Assembly: GCA_018702955.1 (NCBI GenBank)
Contig: JABJEK010000022.1
Coordinates: 21,789-85,788, forward strand
Length of the DNA: 64,000 nt
Source of the DNA: Rhodospirillaceae bacterium
GTDB lineage: Bacteria > Pseudomonadota > Alphaproteobacteria > UBA6615
Direction: 5' to 3'
A model generated the notes under the pieces. It saw nothing but the letters and a program-made list of their open reading frames with translations, made no database searches and had not been told where the DNA came from. The position numbers were made by a program, and so were the translations under genes. Positions 31,841-42,044 of this stretch are shown here, one piece after another (the first letter of the stretch is position 1; every line of letters begins with the position of its first letter).

Positions 31841-33103
31841 ATGAGTGACGTCCAGATAACCACGCTCCCCAACGGAGTCCGGGTGGTGAGCGACGAAATG
31901 CCGACCGTTGAATCCGTATCCATCGGCATGTGGGTGCGGGCCGGCGCCCGTTTCGAGGCCCCCGAGGTGAACGGCGTGGCACATTTGCTCGAACACATGA
32001 TGTTCAAGGGCACGCCGCGTCGGACCTCCCAGCAGATTGCCGAGACGATCGAGAGCGTGGGCGGGCATATCAATGCCTATACAGCGCGTGAAGTCACCGC
32101 CTATTACGCCAAGGTGTTGAAGGATGACGCCGGGTTGGCGATCGATGTGATCGCGGACTTCATGCAGAACTCGCTCTTCGATGAGAATGAGCTGGGCCGC
32201 GAGCGTTCCGTGGTGCTGCAGGAAATCGGGCAGGCGCGCGACACGCCCGACGATGTGGTGTTCGACAATTTCCAGGCCATTGCATTTCCCGAGCAGCCCC
32301 TGGGCCGCCCGGTTCTGGGCCGCCCCGAAGTTGTTGGGCAAATGCCGCGTGACGCTATCGTTGGCTTCCACGGACGGCATTACCATGGCGGGTCGATCGT
32401 ATTGGCCGCCGCGGGCAATATTACGCATGACGCGTTGGTGGCGCTGGCGGAAGATCATTTGTCCGATGTGCCCGCAGGCACGGCGCAGGCCTTGCCCGTG
32501 GCGCAGTATGGCGGCGGTGAAAGCCGCGAAGCACGCGAGCTTGAGCAGGTCCATTTTGTCATCGGGTTTCGCGGTGCGCCGGTCGGGTCCGAAGAGTATT
32601 ACGCCTTGTCGGTACTCTCGAACCTCTTCGGCGGTGGCATGTCATCGCGCCTTTTCCAGGAAATCCGCGAGCGACGCGGGCTGGTTTACTCGATCGACAC
32701 GTTTCTCTCGGCTTTCTCGGACGAAGGCGTGTTCGGGATTTACGCCGGGACCGGGCCGGACCTCATCGAGGAGTTTGTCCCGGCCCTGTGCGACGAGATT
32801 TCCCGGCTGTCCTCCACACTGGGTGGCGATGAAATCGCCCGTGCGCGCACGCAGTTGAAGGCCAACCTGCTGATGGGTATGGAATCCACCGGTGCGAGGG
32901 CCGAACGCGCGGGACAGCAGATGCTGTTGTATGATCGGGTGGTATCGGTCGGTGAACTTGTCGAAAAGATCGAAAACGTGACACCTGAAACTCTCGCGAT
33001 CAGTGCGCAGCGGTTGCTCGAATCCACGCCGTGCCTGGCCACAATCGGGCCGGCGACAAAAATGGAATCATTCGACGCGATCCGAAGCCGACTGGCGGCA
33101 TAA
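31841..33103 (+). CDS. M16 family zinc peptidase (pitrilysin/MPP-like)
   Basis: Inverted zinc motif HLLEHMMFKGT and an N-terminal VTTLPNGVRVV segment. The thrC-M16 adjacency is conserved in alphaproteobacteria. Confidence 0.8.
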   Translation: MSDVQITTLPNGVRVVSDEMPTVESVSIGMWVRAGARFEAPEVNGVAHLLEHMMFKGTPRRTSQQIAETIESVGGHINAYTAREVTAYYAKVLKDDAGLAIDVIADFMQNSLFDENELGRERSVVLQEIGQARDTPDDVVFDNFQAIAFPEQPLGRPVLGRPEVVGQMPRDAIVGFHGRHYHGGSIVLAAAGNITHDALVALAEDHLSDVPAGTAQALPVAQYGGGESREARELEQVHFVIGFRGAPVGSEEYYALSVLSNLFGGGMSSRLFQEIRERRGLVYSIDTFLSAFSDEGVFGIYAGTGPDLIEEFVPALCDEISRLSSTLGGDEIARARTQLKANLLMGMESTGARAERAGQQMLLYDRVVSVGELVEKIENVTPETLAISAQRLLESTPCLATIGPATKMESFDAIRSRLAA

Positions 33104-33113
33104 GGGCACGGCG

Positions 33114-33725
33114 ATGCGGTTGTTTCGTTCCTTCTCGGGTAATGCCACCAGCGTGAGGCTGGAGGGTCGGCGTACGTTTCTGCGTCCGCCGGTCGAGCGC
33201 GACTGGCGTTCCTACGCCGAGATTCGCGCCGCCAGCCGGCAGTTTCTGGAGCCCTGGGAGCCGACCTGGCCATCGGACGCGCTGAGCCGTGATGCGTTTT
33301 ATCGGCGGCTGAACCGCTATGCCAGCGACTGGCGTAACGATACCGGCTACAGCATGTTCGTCTTTGAGCAGGAAAGCGCAGCACTCCTTGGCGGGATCAG
33401 CCTGTCAAACGTGCGCCGCGGTGTCGCCCAATGCGGCACCCTGGGCTACTGGATTGGCGAATCTTATGCGGGCCAGGGCTATATGCGTGAGGGGCTGGAG
33501 CTGTTGCTCGGCTTCTGCTTCTCCGAGCTGGGGCTGCACCGGGTCGAAGCGGCCTGTCTGCCCAGCAATGAGGCTAGTCGGGGCCTGCTGACCGCGTCAG
33601 GTTTTTCGGAAGATGGGTTTGCGCGGAAGTACCTCAAGATCAGGGGTGTCTGGCAGGACCATGTGCTGTTCTCCAAGCTGTCCGAGGACCATGGTGTCGC
33701 GGCGTCGCGCATGCCGGGCTCATAA
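33114..33725 (+). CDS. GNAT family N-acetyltransferase (RimJ/RimL-like)
   Basis: A 203-aa protein with GNAT acetyl-CoA motifs (GTLGYWIGESYAGQGYMREGLELLL). Confidence 0.7.
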   Translation: MRLFRSFSGNATSVRLEGRRTFLRPPVERDWRSYAEIRAASRQFLEPWEPTWPSDALSRDAFYRRLNRYASDWRNDTGYSMFVFEQESAALLGGISLSNVRRGVAQCGTLGYWIGESYAGQGYMREGLELLLGFCFSELGLHRVEAACLPSNEASRGLLTASGFSEDGFARKYLKIRGVWQDHVLFSKLSEDHGVAASRMPGS

Positions 33726-33747
33726 CCACGCTGGTGCAGCTCCCGTC

Positions 33748-34956
33748 ATGACCGCCCCCAATGTTTCAACCAAGGTCATGGCGCGCAAACGACTTCGCGT
33801 GCTGACCATCCTGCTGACCAGCGGTCTGGCCTTTCTCGCACCGTCGGCGATCGCACCCGGCCTCCCGGCACTTCAGGCGGATTACGCACATGTGGATCAC
33901 GCTGCGTTCCTGTCGCCGCTCGTGTTCACAATGCCCATGCTGTTCATCGCCCTGGCGGGGCCGTTCGTCGGCTACGCCGTGGATCGGTTCGGGCGCCGCA
34001 ACGTGTTGATCACCTCGACCGTGCTGTACGGCCTCGCGGGTGTTTCCGGGCTGGTGATCGATTCGATTGTCCTGCTGCTTGTCAGCAGGGCGCTTCTGGG
34101 AATCTTTCTCGCGGGGATCATGACCAGTGTCACCGCGCTGGTCGGGGATTATTTCGAGGGCCCGGAGCGCAACCGCGTGGCGGGCCTGCAAGGCGCATTC
34201 ATGTCACTCGGTACACTGACCTTCGTCGTGATAGCGGGGTTGCTTGCCGAAATTCACTGGCGCGTCGGCTTTGCGTTGTTTGCGACGGCATTTGCGTTGC
34301 TGCCGCTCATGTTTCTCAGCCTGTATGAGCCGGGTCGTGCTCAGGGTGTCGACGCGAGCGCACCGGAACCGCCGCCGACCGGGCGCCAGTGGACTGCGAT
34401 TGGTCTGTTTTGCGGCCTCGCATTCATATCGATGGTCATACTGTTTCTGATCCCTTCACAGACGGCATTTTTCCTGGCCGAAATCGGGGTGGAGGATCCG
34501 ACGCGCGCGGGGCTGGCGATCGGCCTGTTCAATCTGTCGGCGGGCCTCGCATCGCTGTCCTACAGTCGTGTCCGCAAGCATCTGAGCTCCGAAGCGATCT
34601 TCGCAGTGCTCTTCGCCATCGGCGGGGTCGGGTTCGTCATGATCGGTTTCGCCAACAGCTTCACCGCCACCATGATCGCCATGGGCGTGGGGGGGTTCTC
34701 CGTTGGCGCGTTCCTGCCCAATATCAATCTCGCGATAATTTCACGAACCTCGATGAGCATACGCGGACGCGCACTCGGCGCGCTGACCACGATGTTTTTC
34801 CTGGGTCAGTTCTTCTCGCCGGTCTACGCCGTGCCGATCGCCGGCGTCAGCAGTGTCGGGAATGTATTTGTGGTGAGCGGCGTTGTGCTGTTTGCGCTGA
34901 GCGTCGGGTTCATGGTCTTGTCCGCCGACCAGCGCCTGCGAACCCGCACGCGCTAG
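33748..34956 (+). CDS. MFS transporter (12 TMS)
   Basis: A 402-aa protein with 12 predicted TM helices and MFS loop 2-3 motif GYAVDRFGRR. Confidence 0.7.
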   Translation: MTAPNVSTKVMARKRLRVLTILLTSGLAFLAPSAIAPGLPALQADYAHVDHAAFLSPLVFTMPMLFIALAGPFVGYAVDRFGRRNVLITSTVLYGLAGVSGLVIDSIVLLLVSRALLGIFLAGIMTSVTALVGDYFEGPERNRVAGLQGAFMSLGTLTFVVIAGLLAEIHWRVGFALFATAFALLPLMFLSLYEPGRAQGVDASAPEPPPTGRQWTAIGLFCGLAFISMVILFLIPSQTAFFLAEIGVEDPTRAGLAIGLFNLSAGLASLSYSRVRKHLSSEAIFAVLFAIGGVGFVMIGFANSFTATMIAMGVGGFSVGAFLPNINLAIISRTSMSIRGRALGALTTMFFLGQFFSPVYAVPIAGVSSVGNVFVVSGVVLFALSVGFMVLSADQRLRTRTR

Positions 34957-35531
34957 GCGCGGCCGGACGTACCGGACAGAACCGACAGATCGACACCGAT
35001 ACTGTTGAAGGCGCGTTCCCACTTGTCGTCGTCGCTGACCTCGAACATCAGGTTTTCGTCATAGGGTACGGAGAGCCAGGCGTTGTCGTGGATTTCGGCA
35101 TCGAGTTGCCCCGCGCCCCAACCGGCGTAACCGAGCGCCAGTATCGAGCGTTCCGGACCTTCGCCCTGCGCCAGTGCGCGCAGGATGTCGAGGGTTGCCG
35201 TCAGGCCGACCTGGTCTGTGACCATCAATGTCTCGGAATGGCGGTATTCGCCTGAATGAAGGACGAATCCGCGCTGATTTTCGACGGGACCGCCGAAATG
35301 AACGGTGACATCGCGTGCGCTGTCGGCGGCCGGGATGTCGAGCTGCCCCAGAAGTTCACGGAAGTCGATGGAATCCAGTGTCTTGTTGATCACCAATCCC
35401 ATTGCCCCTTCATCATTATGTGCACACATATAGATGACGGCACGTTCGAATCGCGGATCGGTCATCGCCGGCATCGCCAGGAGCATTTGTCCTTCGAAAT
35501 ACGTCCCCGCCTTGGTTTCGGTGTCGGTCAT
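34953..35531 (-). CDS. yqgE: YqgE/AlgH family protein (UPF0301)
   Basis: LLAMPAMTDPRFERAVIYMCAHNDEGAMGLVINK matches the YqgE/AlgH signature. Confidence 0.8.
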   Translation of the reverse strand: MTDTETKAGTYFEGQMLLAMPAMTDPRFERAVIYMCAHNDEGAMGLVINKTLDSIDFRELLGQLDIPAADSARDVTVHFGGPVENQRGFVLHSGEYRHSETLMVTDQVGLTATLDILRALAQGEGPERSILALGYAGWGAGQLDAEIHDNAWLSVPYDENLMFEVSDDDKWERAFNSIGVDLSVLSGTSGRA

Positions 35532-35694
35532 GTTTTCCTGGCTTTCTGATGCCGGTGTCGAAGCTTTATTCCGACACGTAATTGTGAGGGCTGTTGAGCG
35601 GCAAGCCGCTATATTCCGGGCTAATCATTCCTATATTTCAAGCGTAAGAATTATTCATCACCGTCACAGGCACACCAGCCGGGGCTTGAACGAT

Positions 35695-37851
35695 ATGGTA
35701 CCGCGTTTCCGCGAATTTATGCGTCTCGCCGCGATTGTGGCGGTCATTCCGGCTATTTTATGGCCGAGCCTGGCCATGAGCGACGTCGCGACGGATTGGC
35801 TGGAGGGCCCGAAGGCCGATATCCGCCTTATTTCGGCGACGACGGCGGTGGGTGAGCTGGAGACGATCCCGCTGGGAATCGAGGTCCGCCTGGATGACGG
35901 GTGGAAGACCTATTGGCGTTCGCCCGGCGATGCCGGCATTCCGCCCCATGTGGAATGGGCGAATTCAGGCAATCTGGCCACGGCGGCATTCCAGTGGCCC
36001 GCCCCGGTGCGGTTCAACTATTACGACCTGGAGACATTCGGCTACGAGAAGCAGGTCGTCTTCCCGGTCAATGCGCAATTACAGAACGTCGGCGAGGCGG
36101 TTTCGTTGCGCGCGACCGTCGACCTTCTGATCTGCGACGATGTTTGTATTCCCCATACATTTCAGGCGTCACTCGACCTTCCCGCCGGTCCGGCCAATCC
36201 GTCCGAATTCGCAAACATGATCGACCGGTTCCAGAACCAGGTGCCCGGCGACGGCAGTCGCGCGGGGCTGGTTTTCGAGGGTGCAGACGTTTCGGGTACC
36301 AATGTGAAGCCGCTGATCCGAACGGCGTTTCGTGCGGACACGCCGTTTCAGACGCCGGACCTTTTGGTCGAGGGATCGCCCGACGTGGTCTTCTCGAACC
36401 CGGAGTTCGAGTATCTCGAAAATGGCCGCGTCGTCCTGGCGTCGGTCACGGCGGAGGATATCTTCGGTGAGGGGGCGCCGGTTGATCTTGAAAGTGACCC
36501 GCTGATCTTCACCCTGATCGATGGTGCGCGCAGCATCGAGGCCAGCGCCATGCCGCTGGCGGATGGCCTGGCACATGTCGATACCAGCAGTTTGGCGGTC
36601 ACGACGCTGCTGTCGATCATGGCGCTCGCGCTGGTTGGCGGGCTCATTCTGAATCTGATGCCGTGCGTGTTGCCGGTGATATCGATCAAGCTTCTGTCGG
36701 TGGTCAGTCATGGTGGCGGTGATCCGAAGGAAGTCCGCCTCGGCTTCCTGGCCACGACCGCGGGGATCGTCGTGTCCTTCCTGGCGCTGGCGAGCCTCGC
36801 CGTGGGCGTGAAATCGGCTGGATTGGCCGTGGGCTGGGGCATCCAGTTCCAGCAACCGATCTTCGTCGTCGCGCTGGTGGTCATCCTGACCCTGTTTGCC
36901 GCCAACATGTGGGGCCTGTTCGAAGTTCGCCTGCCGGGCAAGGTGTCCGATGTGGCGGTTGCGGCGGGTAACAAGAGCTCGTTGGGCGGGCAGTTCTTTC
37001 AGGGCGCGTTCGCGACGATACTCGCGACACCCTGTACCGCACCGTTCCTTGGCACTTCCATTGGTTTTGCCCTCAGTCGTGGCGCGGTCGAGATCTATTC
37101 GATCTTCCTCGCACTCGGGATCGGGATGGCATCGCCGTTTATACTCGTCGCACTCTTCCCCGTGCTGGCGACGAAACTGCCGCGCCCGGGACCGTGGATG
37201 AATGGTCTCAAGAAATTCCTGTCGCTTGCGCTGATTGCCACGGCCGTCTGGCTGCTGACGGTGATGGCCGTACAGGTGTCGGTCGAGGCCGCGATCATTG
37301 TGGCCGCACTGATGGCCGCGATCTTTGTGCTCTTCGCGCTGCGTAACAGGGTGCCGGAGAGCACGGGCCGGTTGCTTGGCGCGGGTGTCTTCGCCGCGGC
37401 AATTGTTGCCTTCGTCGTGCCGACCGCGTTGCCGGCTCTGGGGATTGGCGTACGCGATCAATCCCAGATCGCCGCCCTTGATGAGGCCTGGGTTCCCTTC
37501 GATCAGGCCGCAATTCCGGCACTCGTGGCGCAAGGTAACGTAGTTTTTGTGGATGTCACGGCGGACTGGTGTATCACCTGTCAGGTCAACAAGAAGCGCG
37601 TCCTGGACACGCAGGCCGTGAATGACGTCTTCGAGCGCGGCGATGTGGTTTTAATGCGCGCGGACTGGACCAGGCCAAACGATACGATCGCCCGGTATCT
37701 CGCGTCATTCAGCCGCTTCGGCATTCCGTTCAATGTCATCTACGGGCCGGAGTCGCCCCGCGGCGTGGTGTTGCCGGAATTATTGTCGAGCAGCGCGGTC
37801 ATCGGCGGGCTGACTGAAGCAGGCCTGACGACGGCGGTGGCCGAAAGATAA
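35695..37851 (+). CDS. DsbD/ScsB-family thiol:disulfide interchange protein (N-terminal periplasmic domain, CcdA-like TM core, C-terminal thioredoxin-like domain)
   Basis: Signal peptide and an N-terminal domain about 250 aa long. TM core carries the paired Cys motifs CVLPV and TPCTAPF. The C-terminal domain has thioredoxin motif WCITCQ. Confidence 0.75.
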   Translation: MVPRFREFMRLAAIVAVIPAILWPSLAMSDVATDWLEGPKADIRLISATTAVGELETIPLGIEVRLDDGWKTYWRSPGDAGIPPHVEWANSGNLATAAFQWPAPVRFNYYDLETFGYEKQVVFPVNAQLQNVGEAVSLRATVDLLICDDVCIPHTFQASLDLPAGPANPSEFANMIDRFQNQVPGDGSRAGLVFEGADVSGTNVKPLIRTAFRADTPFQTPDLLVEGSPDVVFSNPEFEYLENGRVVLASVTAEDIFGEGAPVDLESDPLIFTLIDGARSIEASAMPLADGLAHVDTSSLAVTTLLSIMALALVGGLILNLMPCVLPVISIKLLSVVSHGGGDPKEVRLGFLATTAGIVVSFLALASLAVGVKSAGLAVGWGIQFQQPIFVVALVVILTLFAANMWGLFEVRLPGKVSDVAVAAGNKSSLGGQFFQGAFATILATPCTAPFLGTSIGFALSRGAVEIYSIFLALGIGMASPFILVALFPVLATKLPRPGPWMNGLKKFLSLALIATAVWLLTVMAVQVSVEAAIIVAALMAAIFVLFALRNRVPESTGRLLGAGVFAAAIVAFVVPTALPALGIGVRDQSQIAALDEAWVPFDQAAIPALVAQGNVVFVDVTADWCITCQVNKKRVLDTQAVNDVFERGDVVLMRADWTRPNDTIARYLASFSRFGIPFNVIYGPESPRGVVLPELLSSSAVIGGLTEAGLTTAVAER

Positions 37852-37992
37852 TTCTCCCGGTTGGATTTTCCACCGTTCCAAGGCTGGAACTTTCCGAAAT
37901 TCAGACTATGTTGCGAACCGATATCAATGATGAGGTCGGTCCGGACGGGTTTGTTCGAACGACCCGAAACACACCCGATCGAGGAGAGACAG

Positions 37993-38475
37993 ATGGCTAT
38001 CAATGTAGGTGACAAGATTCCGGCGAGCGCACTCGCCCACAAGACGGCGGACGGCATCGATCAGGTCTCGACCGACGATCTGTTCAACGGCAAGAAGGTT
38101 GTTCTGTTTTCGGTGCCCGGCGCTTTCACGCCGACCTGCTCGGCGCAGCACCTGCCCGGTTTCGTGCAGAAGGCCGACGAGCTCAAGGCCAAGGGTGTCG
38201 ACACGATTGCCTGCATGGCCGTCAATGACCCGTTTGTCATGGAAGCCTGGGGCAAGGATCAGGCGGTCGGCGACAATGTGATGATGCTGGCTGACGGTTC
38301 GGCCGCCTTCACCAAGGAACTCGGCATGGAACTCGATCTCGTGGATCGCGGACTTGGTGTGCGCAGCCAGCGTTTCGCCATGATTGTCGACAATGGCACG
38401 GTAACGGAAGTTCTTCTGGACGATGGCGGTGCCTTCGAGAAAAGCTCGGCCGAGAGTGTTCTCGAACATCTCTAG
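37993..38475 (+). CDS. peroxiredoxin (Prx5-type, AhpC/TSA family)
   Basis: PGAFTPTCS peroxidatic-Cys motif in a 160-aa protein. Confidence 0.85.
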   Translation: MAINVGDKIPASALAHKTADGIDQVSTDDLFNGKKVVLFSVPGAFTPTCSAQHLPGFVQKADELKAKGVDTIACMAVNDPFVMEAWGKDQAVGDNVMMLADGSAAFTKELGMELDLVDRGLGVRSQRFAMIVDNGTVTEVLLDDGGAFEKSSAESVLEHL

Positions 38476-38498
38476 GTTTTCAGCCGTTCGATAAGATT

Positions 38499-38527
38499 AC
38501 GGGGGCCTTCGGGCCCCCGTTTTCGTT
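38499..38527 (+). terminator. rho-independent terminator of the peroxiredoxin transcript
   Basis: Hairpin ACGGGGGCC-TTC-GGGCCCCCGT followed by TTTCGTT. Confidence 0.6.
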
Positions 38528-38552
38528 CTGACGGTCGTGTTTGGGCGATCTG

Positions 38553-38996
38553 TCAGTAGCTGGGGATGATCGCGTTGCGGGCGATCTCGTCGGCGCGCTC
38601 ATTGTCCGGGTGCCCGTCATGCCCCTTGACCCAATGCCACTCAATGTCATGTGGTGCCATCGCCAGTTCAAGGCGTTTCCACAAGTCGACATTCTTGACC
38701 GGCTTCCTGGCCGCTGTCTTCCAGCCGTTGCGCTTCCAGTTGTGAATCCATTTCATGATTCCATCGCGCACATAGGTTGAATCCGTAAAGAGATCGATCA
38801 ACGAGGGCTGCTTGAGTTCCTCGAGCGCCGCGATGGCCGCCATGAGCTCCATCCGATTGTTCGTTGTTTCGTCTTCGCCGCCCGAGAGTTCCTTCTCATG
38901 TTCGCCGGCCCTTAGAATGGCGCCCCAGCCGCCGGGCCCGGGATTACCCGAGCAAGCGCCGTCGGTGTAGATCACGACCCGGTTTGTATCATTCAT
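38553..38996 (-). CDS. rnhA: ribonuclease HI
   Basis: [18 protein letters not shown] and the DEDD catalytic residues of RNase H in a 147-aa protein. Confidence 0.9.
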   Translation of the reverse strand: MNDTNRVVIYTDGACSGNPGPGGWGAILRAGEHEKELSGGEDETTNNRMELMAAIAALEELKQPSLIDLFTDSTYVRDGIMKWIHNWKRNGWKTAARKPVKNVDLWKRLELAMAPHDIEWHWVKGHDGHPDNERADEIARNAIIPSY

Positions 38997-39991
38997 GTAC
39001 TTACATCCTCGAAGCTGACGCCATAGGCGCCCGGGCCATCCACCTGCTGATGGAACCGCAGCCGGCCCAGAAATTGTTTAGGGTCCTTCGGTTGTACGAA
39101 GGCCGTCTTGTCATGATTGACCCAGTCATACAGGCGGGTCAGCAGAAAGCGGAGCGCGCTGCCGCGTGCCAGCCGGGGAAGGGCGTCGAACTCCCGTCGG
39201 GTGAGGGGCCGGACCGACGCGTAGCCGCGCAACAGTGCGCGGGCCTTGGTGACGTTCAGGCTGTTGTCGGCCTCGAAGCACCAGGCATTGATGCAGATTG
39301 CCAGGTCATAGGCCAGCGCGTCGTTGCAGGCGAAGTAGAAGTCGATGAAGCCTGAGAGATTTTCCCCGAGGAAGAACACATTGTCGGGAAACAGGTCCGC
39401 GTGGATCACGCCGGTCGGCAGATTGTCCGGCCAGTTGGCCGAGATTTCGCCAAGTTCCGCGTCGAGCAGGCCTTTCAGGCCGGGGACGACATCATCGGCC
39501 TGGTCGCGGGTCTGGGCGACGAGGGTTTGCCACCCCGTGACCGACATATTATTGGCGCGATGGCCGTCGTAACTTTGCCCGGCCTCGTGCATATGTGCCA
39601 ATGCTGCGCCGAGTTTGGCACAGTGCTTGGGCGTGCTTTTCTTGGGCCAGATGCCGGATAGGAACGAGACGATTGCGGCGGGGCGGCCAGCCAGTTCGCG
39701 CAGTGCCGCGCCATCGCGCCCATGGATCGGGGTCGGGCATGAAATTCCACTCTCTGCCAGATGATCCATCAGGCCCAGGAAATATGGGAGATCGTCGCGA
39801 TGCACCCGCTTCTCGTACAGGGTCAGGATATAGCTCTGGGGGGCGGCGTTATCCGCCGTCACGGTCTGCAGCAGATAGTTGGTGTTCTCGACGCCTTCCG
39901 CGATGCCCTTGAGCGATACGACTTCGCCGATATCGTAATCGCCAAGAAAGGCAACGAGGTCTTCGTCGGTGACGTCGGTGTAGACGGCCAT
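38993..39991 (-). CDS. thrB: homoserine kinase, type II (APH-like ThrB)
   Basis: A kinase-like fold with [10 protein letters not shown]. The ispH-thrB-rnhA synteny is conserved in alphaproteobacteria. Confidence 0.8.
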   Translation of the reverse strand: MAVYTDVTDEDLVAFLGDYDIGEVVSLKGIAEGVENTNYLLQTVTADNAAPQSYILTLYEKRVHRDDLPYFLGLMDHLAESGISCPTPIHGRDGAALRELAGRPAAIVSFLSGIWPKKSTPKHCAKLGAALAHMHEAGQSYDGHRANNMSVTGWQTLVAQTRDQADDVVPGLKGLLDAELGEISANWPDNLPTGVIHADLFPDNVFFLGENLSGFIDFYFACNDALAYDLAICINAWCFEADNSLNVTKARALLRGYASVRPLTRREFDALPRLARGSALRFLLTRLYDWVNHDKTAFVQPKDPKQFLGRLRFHQQVDGPGAYGVSFEDVST

Positions 39992-40002
39992 CGGAGCGCG
40001 CG

Positions 40003-40947
40003 CTAGGCGATCAGGGCGCGGGGGAGATTGAAATGCACATTCTCCTCACGCACCGAGATTTCCTCGATTGTGACGTCGTAGCGCGTGCGGCACGCCTCGA
40101 CGAATTCTTCGACCAGCGTTTCGGGTGCCGATGCTCCCGCGGTCAGGCCGAGGGTGTTGTAGCCGTCGAAACGGTCCCAATCCATGCCGCTCGCGCGTTC
40201 GACCAGGGCGGCATCCTGGCAGCCCGATCGCAATGCCACCTCGACGAGGCGATTTGAGTTCGAGGAGTTCGGCGCACCGATCACGATCATGGCGTCGCAC
40301 CGTTCGGCGATGGCCTTCACCGCTTCCTGACGGTTCGTGGTCGCATAGCAGATGTCTTCCGAACCCGGTTCCGCAATATTCGGGAACTTCGCGCGCAGTG
40401 CCTCGACGATCGCCGCCGTGTCGTCGACCGAAAGGGTCGTCTGGGTCACGTATGCGAGTTCCGTTTCCTCGGGAATATCGAGTGTCGCGACATCCTCGAC
40501 CGTTTCGACCAGGGTCATCGAGCCATCGGGCAGCTGGCCCATGGTACCGATCACCTCGGGATGTCCTTCGTGGCCAATCAACAGGAGATGTCGGCCCGTG
40601 CGTTGCTGATGCTGGGCCTGGTTGTGCGCCTTGCTGACCAGCGGGCAGGTGGCGTCGAGATAGAACAGATCGCGGCGCTCGGCCTCCACCGGCACGGATT
40701 TGGGCACCCCATGCGCCGAAAAGATCACCTTCGCGTCATCGGGAACTTCCGAGAGCTCGTCCACGAAGACGGCACCCTGTCGCTCGAGATTCTCGACGAC
40801 GAACCGGTTATGGACGATCTCGTGACGGACATATATTGGCCGGCCATAGCGTTCCAGCGCCTGCTCAACAATCTGAATGGCCCGATCAACGCCGGCGCAA
40901 AAGCCACGCGGTTGCGCCAGCAGGATCGTCAGGGGTGATTTTGACAT
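40003..40947 (-). CDS. ispH: 4-hydroxy-3-methylbut-2-enyl diphosphate reductase
   Basis: IspH/LytB motifs ([17 protein letters not shown], three conserved Cys). Confidence 0.9.
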   Translation of the reverse strand: MSKSPLTILLAQPRGFCAGVDRAIQIVEQALERYGRPIYVRHEIVHNRFVVENLERQGAVFVDELSEVPDDAKVIFSAHGVPKSVPVEAERRDLFYLDATCPLVSKAHNQAQHQQRTGRHLLLIGHEGHPEVIGTMGQLPDGSMTLVETVEDVATLDIPEETELAYVTQTTLSVDDTAAIVEALRAKFPNIAEPGSEDICYATTNRQEAVKAIAERCDAMIVIGAPNSSNSNRLVEVALRSGCQDAALVERASGMDWDRFDGYNTLGLTAGASAPETLVEEFVEACRTRYDVTIEEISVREENVHFNLPRALIA

Positions 40948-41100
40948 CGAACTATTCCGAAACGCGTTGTGGAGCCACGACCGACCTTGTTCTCGGTCCG
41001 CCGCTCTCGTAATGTTTTCGCGCGGTCATTTACCGCGTACCCGTAATATCTTAGAGGCGCGGCACGGTGCAAGGCACGGTGCGATGTGCGGAGAAGAGTG

Positions 41101-41340
41101 ATGGCGGATCCTGAGATCGCTCAGAAAGAACCAATCGCCGTGGATGTGATTCCCGGGCGGAAATATTGGTGGTGCGTCTGCGGACGCAGCAAGAAGCAGC
41201 CTTTCTGTGACAGCGCCCACAAGGGCACCGATTTCGAGCCGGTGATGTTCGAAAGCGATGAAGCCAAGACCATCTGGTTCTGTTGCTGCAAGCAGACCGG
41301 TGACAAGCCGTTCTGCGACGGCACGCACAACACGCTTTGA
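41101..41340 (+). CDS. CDGSH iron-sulfur domain protein (two CDGSH-type motifs, 79 aa)
   Basis: CVCGRSKKQPFCDSAHKG and CCCKQTGDKPFCDGTHN both fit C-X-C-X2-(S/T)-X3-P-X-C-D-(G/S)-(A/T)-H. GAGAAGAG precedes ATG 41101. Confidence 0.7.
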   Translation: MADPEIAQKEPIAVDVIPGRKYWWCVCGRSKKQPFCDSAHKGTDFEPVMFESDEAKTIWFCCCKQTGDKPFCDGTHNTL

Positions 41341-41359
41341 TTGGATAATTGCTGATCCC

Positions 41360-41929
41360 ATGAAAATATTGCGAACCGCAGGTGCTGGTAGCGGACGGGC
41401 CAAGGCGGGCTGGGCCGCCCTCGCGCTGTTTATTCTTGCCGCGTGCCAACAGGGGGCGACGGCACCGGTGCCACCCTGTCCGGATATCGTCATTGTTCAG
41501 GATGCCTCGGAGTTAACCCAGTTTTTGTCGGGCCCCGGGCGTGATCTGACCGATGTCACCCTGGAAGCCCGGATTTCGGATTTCCGTGGGTTTTGTGAGA
41601 CAGACGTCGAGGATGACAGGACCGGGACGGTCGATGTGGAACTGCAGCTGCTGCTGGTCGCGACACGCGGCCCGGCGGCGACGACGCGTGACGCGACAGT
41701 CAGGTATTTTGTCGCTATCGCCGACAAGAAGGAAAACATCCTGGCGCGCGAGGAGTTCGAGTCCAGCGTCTCGTTCGAGGGCAACCGCAACCGGATCGGT
41801 TTTTCCGAGGAGTTGGCCCAGAACATCCCGTTGAAGGCCGGCCAGCTCGGTGATGCGTTCAGTATCTTTGTTGGGTTTGTCCTCTCGGACGAGGACCTGA
41901 AGTACAATCTCAACAAGCGCGGGCGTTAG
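41360..41929 (+). CDS. hypothetical lipoprotein
   Basis: Signal peptide with lipobox LAAC at about residue 28. No recognisable family. It lies 20 nt downstream of the CDGSH gene. Confidence 0.5.
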   Translation: MKILRTAGAGSGRAKAGWAALALFILAACQQGATAPVPPCPDIVIVQDASELTQFLSGPGRDLTDVTLEARISDFRGFCETDVEDDRTGTVDVELQLLLVATRGPAATTRDATVRYFVAIADKKENILAREEFESSVSFEGNRNRIGFSEELAQNIPLKAGQLGDAFSIFVGFVLSDEDLKYNLNKRGR

Positions 41930-41953
41930 TCCACAGCCACGTTTCCGCGCCGG

Positions 41954-41979
41954 TTGACTCCTCCCCGGCGAGGCATAAT
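41954..41979 (+). promoter_or_regulatory. candidate sigma70-type promoter upstream of the glycine riboswitch
   Basis: TTGACT ... CATAAT, but the spacer is only about 14 nt (suboptimal). It lies 65 nt upstream of the riboswitch start. Confidence 0.25.
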
Positions 41980-42044
41980 GTCGATGGTGGAGCGCGGCCC
42001 GAGTCGCGCGCCGGCGTTGAGTAAAATCGTCATGTGACCCCAGC

